From the NCBI GenBank assembly GCA_951406725.2, contig OX597817.1:100998001-101062000 (forward strand): DNA of 64,000 bases. Reading direction: 5' to 3'. The stretch is from Octopus vulgaris (taxonomy: Eukaryota). The notes under the pieces were generated by a model. It was not told the origin of the DNA, made no database searches, and saw only the letters and a list, made by a program, of their open reading frames with translations. Of the stretch, positions 54,261-64,000 are shown in pieces; position 1 is the stretch's first letter, and every line of letters begins with the position of its first letter. A program made the translations under genes and the position numbers.

Positions 54261-54364
54261 ATTTTGTTGAATTTTCTGCTGCTTAAAATAAAAGCGTATT
54301 ACTCTACCACTGGTATTTGAGTACTCTTTTTTTCCACCTTGTTTCACATTTATGTGTTTACTCC

Positions 54365-54404
<40 letters not shown>

Positions 54405-55287
54405 GGGAAAACAAATTTCCAAAACAATCAGGTGCAACTCATTAGCATATTGTACCTTGGGGTCTTATTTATCGTATATTTATATATGTATCTATAAATA
54501 TACAAAGAATCTGATAAAAGTCAATATTAATTCAATTTGGGGGGATTAATCGATATGCGGGTATTCTAATTCAGATAATATAAAATGTCCTAATGAGTAT
54601 ATCTGACAGTAAACTCATGGTATCAGTTTGCACATCACGAAATAATACTTAAAGGATATAACCAAAATTTCCAGCTGGGTATATAATGTACTTCCTTAAT
54701 TATACCCTATATTAGTTAATACTTATATTTATTAAATATGAAGGAACTACACGTGTTTCAGTAGAAGGAAAAATATATATGAAGAAAAAAATATATATGT
54801 TGTAATTTGCTTGAAGCAAAGTGTAAGTGATATAAATTTATTAGAAAAATAATTTTAAGTAATGTTGATAAGTTAGGCAAAATATATAAGTTGATTTCAA
54901 TAAATAAAATCAAAGAGAAAATATGGACGCGTTACTTTCACTCAAACATACGCTCTTAATACAGTGATTTCCGCTCTATTTCTCCGTTTCTCTCCCGCGC
55001 TAGTTTTCCTCCGCCTTAACCTTCCTGACATACTTTTCTTCTGTCTGTTTGTCTTTCCTTCCCCTCTCTCACGCAGTACTTTCGGCCCACATATGCACTT
55101 CACATTCCCTATTAGTTGTCGCCCGCCGTGCAGATATGATGGATATAAAGCTCTTCTGTCTTTTCATCCTTTTATCTCAAACCGAAAGGTCTTTGAACAA
55201 TACGTCGGAAATTCCAACCCTAAGACATACATACTATATCCTTCTAGTTACTTTTTCCCTAAATACAATATTTATATAACTACAATG

Positions 55288-55359
<72 letters not shown>

Positions 55360-55766
55360 CACACATACACACACACACAGAACGCGTTCGCGCTTACAAA
55401 CATATGTCGAGAAAGATATTCAGGTACATGAACATCGAAAAGATGGGTCAGAGAGGAGGATGTGGCAGCCGCAGAGGAGTGGCCGTTTCAATGGGAAGAA
55501 AGACAGGTAGAAGGTGGCTAAGCATGGAATGCGACTTTTATTCGTGTGCAGTGAGAGTAGGAAAGCGGTTGCACGGCCGAGTATCCTTGATTGAAGAAGT
55601 GTTACATTTTTCCACATTGGAATTCGATATCCGAATCAATGACAAAATGTTGACGAAGCCAGAGGAACAGGGAGAGATGCACACTCTGTCTCTGTCTATC
55701 TGTCTGTCCCTCACACACACAGATGCGCGCATGCACACACATGTACGCGTGTCTACATACTTACAT

Positions 55767-55825
<59 letters not shown>

Positions 55826-55830
<5 letters not shown>

Positions 55831-56400
55831 ACGAGAATGTGTGTCTCTCTGTCTGTCTGAGTGAATCCATAAAACTCGAGAACTGCACAACCGATTTCAT
55901 TCAAATTTTATACATACACTACATATGGTCCATTGAGTGTCATGGGCTCAAAAAAGTTTTCAACGTCTTACCTAATGCCGTCCGGAGCAATTTTTTGCAT
56001 TGGTTCGCTATTACGTGTCAAAAGTGAAAGAATAACATCTATGTCTCACTTTTATTCTTCCGGTTCATAACAATGTTACACTTTCATTGCACATTTATAG
56101 TAACATTCATTCTGTTTGTGATTCGAAACAGATTCACATGTTTTCCTCCAAGTAAATAACTTCATCGTTCTGTCATTAAACAATGCAAGTTCAAACTTCG
56201 TTACATTTACCCTGTATAGTGTACGGTTGTTTCCCATTCAACAACTTCTGTACAACTGGGCAGAATCTAACTGCCCTCGTCGTCCACTTTACACATATTT
56301 ACTTACTCTTTTACGAGATAGTTTTACTTATCAATATTGCTACTAATAGTTGTTGAAAACCCTTTCATCCCTGCCTTACATTCGAACCGGAATTTCAAAA
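55826..56400 (+). mobile_element. Helitron-like 5' end (same family as 42330-42430)
   Basis: TATAAAGACGAGAATGTGTGTCT..AAAACTCGAGAACTGCACAACCGATTTCATTCAAATTTTA matches revcomp of 42330-42430; right boundary uncertain. Confidence 0.55.
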
Positions 56401-56682
56401 ACATTGTCCCCTTACATTTCATTCTCATTTGCTTCCCACGACAGGGAAATGAAACTTACTGCTCACGACGGGACAATGGAAGATGGTAAGGGACATTAAC
56501 CAGATGCTACCTTCTCAAGTGAAATATATTGTCATCTACTTCACCTCTAAGCTTGCTAGCGCACGAAAGTTCAAACGACACCACACGACTGTAGCAACAT
56601 TGATGTCTTCATCCTTCTACCTGTCTGAATTCTTATAAATACGACAGAGCAGCCACGCATTGACAAACAGCACCCAAAATTA

Positions 56683-57024
56683 TATAGCATGTCCAGCTAA
56701 CAACAAGGTATGCGATAAGGAAGAAAGAAAAGTCGATAGATACGACAGGTTAGCTTGAGAGGTTAAGCAGATGTGGTTGATGAAAAACGTGGTAGTGGTA
56801 CCAATAATTGTCGGAGCGCTGGGAACACTGAGTAAAAATCTTGAGAAGTACATGGAACAAATAGGGTCTGCAATAAGGGTGGAGCACTTGCAGAAAACAG
56901 CACTGCTTGGAACTGCTCTAATACACCATATGGTGCTCGAAAAATAAACAGGTGTTACTTTAGTTCACTGGTAGTGAACAGTTGGCACCGTAGTACATCT
57001 CCAGAATGAGAAGCTGTGCAAAGA
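56683..57024 (+). mobile_element. R4/Dong-like 3' fragment (family 3-like)
   Basis: IACPANNKVCDKEERKVDRY..VVPIIVGALG..LQKTALLGTA; ends in (TAA)n. Confidence 0.8.
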
Positions 57025-57029
57025 CAATA

Positions 57030-57100
<71 letters not shown>

Positions 57101-57110
57101 TAATAATAAT

Positions 57111-58560
57111 TGGATTACAAATACTTAGGAATCCATGAACTAGATAAGACACAACACACACAAATGAAAGAGAAAATAAGAAAAGAATATTATAGACGAG
57201 TTAGATCAATACTAAAAACAGAGCTCAATGCTAAAAACAAGATAATAGGTATTAACACTTTAGCTGTCCCAGTTATAAGTTACAGCTACAATATCCTTAA
57301 CTGGACACTAAATGAACTGACCAAAATAGATAGGAAAACAAGAAAAATAATGACAGGGTCTAGGATGCATCACCCAAAATCTGACAGAAATACTATATAT
57401 ACAACGTATAGAAGGTGGTAGAGGCATTATACAGCTGGAAAACTACTATAAAATAACCACCATAGGACTGCAAAAATATCTACTTCAGAAGGAAGGAAAA
57501 CTTATACAAATAGCGACAAAACACGAGCAAAACAAAAAACTGTTCTCAGTATTTAAGGAAGCTGACAAATACAAACAAGAAATCATACCACCTAATAAAT
57601 ATGAAGAAGAAGAAGAAAATGAAGAAACAACAAAAGCTATAAAACAAATGAAATCCAAACTAAAAACAGAACAACAACGAACCATGATAAAACGATGGCA
57701 AAAAAAGCCCCTTCATGGTAAATACTGGACTAAACTAAACGCAAAAGAAATAGACTAAGAAAAATCCCAGCAATGGTTGAGAAGCTCAGGACTCAAAGCA
57801 GAGACAGAGGGATTTTTAATTGCAGCACAAGACCAAAGCCTCCCCACCAGAAATTACCAAAAACATGTAATGAAAAGAAATATAACAAGTAACTGCAGAA
57901 TATGTGGAGATGGACAAGAAACAATAAATCATATTATCTCTGGCTGCCCAGTCCTGGCTAAGAAGGAATATATTCACAGACATGACAAAGTTGGAACCTA
58001 CATACACTGGAAGCTATGCCAACATTATGGAATAACAACAGAAAAAAGATGGTATAGGCACACACCAGAAAAGGTCACAGAAAACGAGAAAGCAACCATA
58101 CTCTGGGATATGCCGATACACACAGATAGAGAAATTAAGGACAACAGACCAGATATAATTGTCAGAGATCATGAAGAAAAAAAATGCTTTCTAATTGATG
58201 TATCAATACCGGCAGATGACAACGTGTCTCTAAAAGAAATGGAGAAACTTTCAAAATACAAAGACCTGGAAATAGAGGTAACCAGAATGTGGAATCTAAA
58301 AACAGAAACAATTCCTATCATAGTAGGTGCATTAGGCATGATAAAAAAATATTCAGACAAATACATAACAAAAACACCAGGACTTACAAACACATATAAC
58401 ATACAGAAAATTGCACTACTAGGCACTGCACACAACCTACGCAGAACACTTTCCATACAATAACCATCAGAGCATCACAACGAATCACAGCACATACCTA
58501 AGGCACACAGAGCTGCGCTCGGTAGTGAAGTGAAAGCGCGCTATCAAAATAAAACTACTG
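57111..58560 (+). mobile_element. R4/Dong-like family 1, 5'-truncated
   Basis: YKYLG, LKAETEGFLIAAQDQSL, CRIC..ETINHIISGC, RHD, RPDIIV..LIDVSIP; (TAA)n on both sides. Confidence 0.92.
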
Positions 58561-58564
58561 AATG

Positions 58565-58646
<82 letters not shown>

Positions 58647-58650
<4 letters not shown>

Positions 58651-59728
58651 GGAAAGCAAATAATTTGCTATTGATCTCGTGCAGGATACCCAAACTGAAC
58701 AACCCGAGGGAAGTACGGCAACTATTGTTGCAAAGAAGGTGAAAATGATGGCAATGAAAAAAGCGCACGAGGAATTGGCTGATAGGTGGGAGGAGAAACC
58801 TCTGCACGGCAAATATGTGACCCGCAGCAAACAAGCTGATGTTGACCAGAAGCAAACCCATCAGTGGCTACGGAGCTCAGGGCTAAAAGCAGAGAGCGAA
58901 GGTTTCATCCTGGCTGCTCAAGATCAAAGCCTATTAACCCGGAACTACCAGGCCAATGTGATGAAAAATGGAGCAGACCCAAAATGCCGATTCTGCAACG
59001 ACATGATTGAAATAGTGGACCACCTAATCTCTGGATGTAAAGTCTTAGCACCAGTGGAGTATAAATTAAGACATGACAGAGTTGGCCAATATCTCCACTG
59101 GCTAATAAGTCGGCATTACAATATCAAAACTGCCGACAAGTGGTATAATCACCACCCCGAGGCTGTAACTGAAGGAGAAAATGTAACCATTCTGTGGGAC
59201 TTTCCAGTACATACAGACCGAACCATCAAGGCCAATAAACCAGATATTGTTGTGAAAGACCAAAACAATAAAGTTTGCTTATTGATCGACATGAGCATCC
59301 CCTGTGATCATAATATCTCAGCGAAAGAGTTTGACAAGCTCAGAAAATATAAAGACCTACTCATTGAAATTGAGAAAATGTGGCATCTCAAGGCGGTTAC
59401 AATACCAGTTATCGTAGGAGCACTAGGAATGATCAAGAAGGGAACCGAAAATTATATGAGAATGATCCCTGGCTTACCATCCCTGCAAGAAGAGCAAAAG
59501 ATTGTCTTAACTGGTACATCACACGTATTGAGAAGAGCATTGTCGATGTGAGAACTGTTGCTGCTCATGTATTTTAATTTAACTTAAAAAAAAAAAAAAA
59601 AAAAATGAACGAACTACTGAGTTTGGTTTAATGGCCTACCAATGAATACTATGAGTTTCTTTGCCCTAGGAGTCGGGAAGACACTCGGCAAGAAATGGAA
59701 GCAAATTTGAAAGAAGAAAAAAAAAAAA
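58647..59728 (+). mobile_element. R4/Dong-like family 2, 5'-truncated, open CCHC-RLE frame
   Basis: 290-aa ORF nearly identical to 11870-12740; (TAA)n on both sides. Confidence 0.92.
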
Positions 59729-59767
59729 GTAATAATAATAATAATAATAATAATAATAGTAATAGTA

Positions 59768-59816
<49 letters not shown>

Positions 59817-60817
59817 TAATAATAATGATAAAAATAATGATAAAAATCTTTACTTTGCATCGAGGAGGGTTTGGAAGTTATATTTGCAAGAAATGTCCAC
59901 TTACTTAAACGGAACGTAGATTGTTTTGTGGTCAGAGAAAATCCCCGACCTTCCGACACTACTGGATGTGTTTCGCAGTAACTTCAATGGAATAGGCTTA
60001 AGCAACAATTCATAAACATTTCTGAAGATGAAGGAATGAAATTTTCACAAGAATTTTAAGTACTGTTCCTCTCCAAAAAATTCGTAATGAAACATGAATT
60101 CGTTGAAAGGGATCATTAACAGAAGCCTATTTCCTCTACAAATTTTATTCTCGTCATGTTTGTTGAGATACAAGTTGGTGTAGAAGATTACTTAAGATTT
60201 TATGAGGTTACCAAGGCTATCACATTAGATAACAACTTGTATAAAACTGTAAGTGTCAATTTCAGTGTAAATCAAATCCAAACTGATATCCAGGCGTAGT
60301 TTCTGCAACAAAATTTATTATACCGTTAGCAATAACAATTCTCTCGCAGCATATTTATTGAATTTATTTATTCAAAATGTGTTGTTTTCCATAAGATATA
60401 AAAATACGTCGAGAGCAAAATATGGAAACGCATTTGAATGAAAACAGACTTATATAATTTTCATGCCCTTTGGTAAACCAAGTTACATATGAAGATAACT
60501 TTTTTCTGATACAAGTGAATTTTTGTCTCGAATGTTTAATGTATTGTATCACCAAATCTTAATATAAATCTTACGTTTGATTTTATACGCCTGTTTTTAT
60601 TTAAGTAATTTCTTCTATAAAATTCAGGTTAAAAATAATTGGAATTAACTAATATTTCATACAGGATTAGAATATATATAAACTTAAATATAATTTCATT
60701 TGAGTTGTTAAGTGAAGACTGTAGGCTTCCGTAAAAAATGTTATTCATATCTATTGATCTAGGTTAAATAATTAAGTGTAATATTAGATGTAATTAGCAT
60801 ATCGGAACTATGTAGTA

Positions 60818-61490
60818 TACGCGGTCTGTGTAGTAAGTATCCGGACTGTTGCCATAGTAACAAAGCTAAAGCACGCAGATTAAAGCCGATTAGTACAGAC
60901 TGATCGTGAACTTTGCTGTGCATGCGCACACAATTTTAACGTTCTAGCTCTTTTCCCTTTTTTATAGCAGTACTTGGAAGGAACGTGTGTAGCGTGTGAT
61001 CGTCCCAATGAGCGTGACGGAGAAAGTTGAGCAGAGAATTTGCATCAAAGTTTGCCAAAAGTCTGGTAATACCTGCTCAGAGGCCTACACAAAGTTTTCA
61101 AGAAGTTTTCATCGTTCTCGGCATAATCAAGATATTGTGCAACCCGAGTGTCGTTTTGGTCAGCTGAAAGCAGTTTGGGCATAAATTTGGCAGACACGCG
61201 TGTCATACCCACATCTTCAGTGATAATGGACTGAACTGAACCGTAACTAATCTGCACATCCTCTGATATAATTCACGGATGGTGATTCGACGATTTACCC
61301 TCACAGCTGCACGTATATCAGCGATGTTTTTCTCAATTCTGCTGGTTGCGGATCTTCCAGAACGTTTGTCAATATCGACATTTTCGTGGCCATCTTGGAA
61401 ACAACTGAACCACTCGTACACTTGTGTGCATCTCATACACCCCTCTTCATACACTTTCTGCAACCTTGGTTGGCCTCTGAGCAGGTATCG
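60818..61490. mobile_element. Mariner relic (5' half) with internal inversion
   Basis: TA-CGCGGTCTG..AAGTATCCGGAC TIR-like start; plus strand EQRICIKVCQK..TCSEAYTK; minus strand continues LQKVYEE..VYEWFSCFQDG..RSGR..NRRITIREL..MTRVSAKFMPKLL. Confidence 0.85.
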
Positions 61491-61999
61491 CCATGACAAC
61501 TTTCTTATTTGTGTGTATTGGTGCGTGTGCAGTTGAATGTGCTTATGTAATGTAGGTCTCCATCTACTACGTAAAACGCATAAAACGGAGAAAATGAAAC
61601 AAATATGGAGGATTTGTTCCGAAACACCCCCGAGTGGGGAACAGTTCTCAAAAATAGCCCTGAAATGTTCCCCCCAAAAATTCCTATGTTCTCGGAATCT
61701 ACATAGTCTGAAGTATATTTGTAGAGAATTTCATTAAAAAATATCCATTTTCTTGGGAGTTAAGACGGATTGAAATGGACTCCGGTGAATTTTTCGAAAT
61801 TCCCCACCCCACCCCTCTTAAAACATTTCCCCCAAAAAAGTTTTGTTTATTCGGAATCTACATAATATAAAAAATATTCGTAGGAAAGTTTATTAAACTA
61901 CATCCATTTTTCTGAAAGTTATGATCATCCAAAGTCGAGGCGGGGCAGAAATCTGTAGTTATGCTAATTTGTCTACAATATCAAGGTCAGCCAAAAGAA

Positions 62000-62170
62000 T
62001 GTCTCTGCCCAAAGAAAGAGAGATAACTGCAGAAAGAGAAGCATGCCAAGAAACGAACAGACTGTGCACTACAAAATCAGAGCATCTCAAATAGGACTTC
62101 CTCTGCAGAACGAAGAGTAGTTGCAACAGATCAGAGAAGCAACTTCTATGAAGCAGCTTTCAGTTATTCT
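62000..62170 (+). pseudogene. Possible Helitron Rep/helicase N-terminal remnant
   Basis: TAEREACQETNRL..SRAS..AAFSY-like charged segment across frameshifts; resemblance only. Confidence 0.3.
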
Positions 62171-62683
62171 TCTCCTCTCCTTTTCAACGTCCCCCCTCTC
62201 TCACTCCTCTTCCTCGACTCTCTCGTCGCTGACACGTGACGAAAGAGAAACTATCTTTCTGACTACTACCTTCGTAAAGACAACAACGTGCTTATACTGT
62301 CTCCTTCATATGCTCCTCCTCCTAGCGTTTAGAAGAATTTTTCTATCGTCTTGGCTTAACAGCCCTTAACGTTTGTTTTTATTGTTTTGTTCTCACTGTC
62401 CTGTTATTGTTACCATTTTCACCCTCCGCAAAAATCCCAAATTATATTTAATTTGTTTTGCGGGAGGGACTGTTTCAACAAAGTCGCGTCTTGTCATTAC
62501 CCTCGAGATGCGGAGTAGATGAAACAGGGACAACTGAAGAAGGGTAATAGTCTTTATGTTGTATGTCTCGTTTCTCTCTTTTTTTTCGTTGTTCGGAAAA
62601 AAGTTCGTTTCTATGTTTTTCTTTTATTTTCATTTCTCATTGTGTTCAACGTTTTTTTTATGTCCTGTACCCATATATGCTTG

Positions 62684-62805
<122 letters not shown>

Positions 62806-62862
62806 ATATGCATATATTTATATATTATTTATATTATTATATGATAGAACGCCACGCAAGTT

Positions 62863-62894
<32 letters not shown>

Positions 62895-62983
62895 ATATAT
62901 ATATATACTTTTATATATGTTTTTACTATTGTTTGTCTCTCATATATTGTTTGCCTACAATAGAAAAAAAATATTGCTATATC

Positions 62984-63820
62984 AAGGCGGTGAGTTGGCT
63001 GAACCCTTAGCACACTGGACAAAATGCATAGCGTCATTTCGTCTGTCTTTACGTTCTGAATTCAAATTCCACATTGGGCCAAATTTGCGTTTCCTCCACT
63101 CAGAGTCGATTAAATATGTACCAGCAGGTCACTGGGATCCATGTAATCGACTAGTCCCCTCAACCTAAATAACTGGCCTGGTGTCCAAATTTGAAATTAT
63201 TATTATTAAGGCGGCGAGCTGGCAGAATCGTTATCACGCCTGGCGAAATGTTTAACAGTGTTTCGTCTGCCGTTACGTTCTGAGTTCAAATTCTGCCGAG
63301 GTTGACTTTGTCTTTCATCCTTTCGGGGTCGATTAAATAAGTACCAGTTACGCACTGGGGTCGATATAATCGACTTAATCCGTTTGTCTGTCCTTGTTTG
63401 TCCTCTCTGTGTTTAGCCCCTTGTGGGTAGTAAAGAAATAGGTACTTCGTCTGTTGCTACATTCTGAGTTCGAATTCCGCTGAGGTCGACTTTGCCTTCC
63501 ATCTTTTTGGACTCGATGAATTAAGTACCAGGGAAACACTAGGGTCGATGTAATCGACTCATCCCCTCCCCAAAATTTAATAGAAAGTATTATGAGTAGT
63601 AGATAAGGCAACGAGCTGGCAGAATCGTTAGCACACCGGGCAAAATACTTAGCGGCATTTCGTCCGTCCTTTCGTTCCGAGTTCTAATTCCTCCGCTGCT
63701 GATTTTGCCTTAGATCTTTCCGTGGTCGCTAAAATAAGTACCAGTTGAGCACTGGAGTCTATGTAATCGACTTAGCGCCTCTCCGAAATTTCTCGCCTTT
63801 TCCAAAATTTGAAACCATAA
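62984..63820 (+). mobile_element. Cluster of 3-4 tandem tRNA-derived SINE copies
   Basis: Repeated AAGGC(G/A)(G/A)(C/T)GAG(C/T)TGGC(A/T)GAA heads at ~62984, 63208, 63606, each with a GA(G/A)TTC(A/T)AATTC B box; extra partial unit at ~63446-63575. Confidence 0.85.
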
Positions 63821-64000
63821 TTGTGTGAAGTAGCAGCAACAGGAACAGCAGTAGTAGCGTACCATAAGTTGTGTTAAATGATGAAGAGTGTAAAAGTGAA
63901 ATATTTACAGAAATATTTGCTTTTAATCGACCATTTTTTTTTAAAGAATTTCTAAACATATTCCAATGTAATTCATAACTTTAGTTCATTTTTTCTTCTT

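Larger units (their letters stand above)
51966..54367 (+). mobile_element. Penelope-like element F: ~1.05-kb inverted arms around a GIY-YIG C-terminal stub
   Basis: 51966-53014 = revcomp 53249-54294. Spacer 53010-53168 translates AYKNNFKCKLCLLEKMYILFKDNNSLNQRSELMNLCRHAAKF..* (not in the ORF track). 73-nt tail on the right arm only; (TA)n flanks. Confidence 0.88.

Noticed and set aside
51966-54294. DNA transposon or foldback element with 1-kb TIRs
   Set aside because: Spacer encodes a PLE endonuclease C-terminus, arms carry hammerheads and ends are asymmetric, so an inverted pLTR fits better.
61660-61925. Two degenerate ~95-bp direct repeats
   Set aside because: Probably internal repeats of a non-autonomous Helitron-like element; termini not identifiable, so not called.
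62500-62560. GAAAC...CTGAAGA as a permuted hammerhead
   Set aside because: Could not build the required helices by eye.

Overview
Eukaryotic, AT-rich, microsatellite-saturated DNA made almost entirely of transposable-element debris. The tRNA-derived SINEs and repeat landscape look like an octopus/coleoid cephalopod genome (inference). No intact host gene or intact autonomous element is visible, and nearly all long ORFs in the track are microsatellite translations. Main content: two internally inverted mariner relics; a CR1/L2-group LINE; about eight R4/Dong-like RLE retrotransposon copies, most inserted in (TAA)n; Tx1/L1-like LINEs; an RTE LINE with three C-terminal C2H2 fingers; Helitron and pogo relics; tRNA-SINEs; and many Penelope-like elements (PLEs) inserted in (TA)n. 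The most notable structure is a ~17.8-kb nest of PLEs (18277-36041) that splits a Tx1 LINE. Its members carry kb-scale inverted pseudo-LTRs ending in type I hammerhead-ribozyme motifs, long heritable microsatellite UTRs that provide targets for the next insertion, and a recurring asymmetry in which only one arm has a 70-100-nt tail. About 12 hammerhead-like motifs were found by eye, six of them with intact cores and clear helices. All coordinates and foldings were read manually and element boundaries are approximate.
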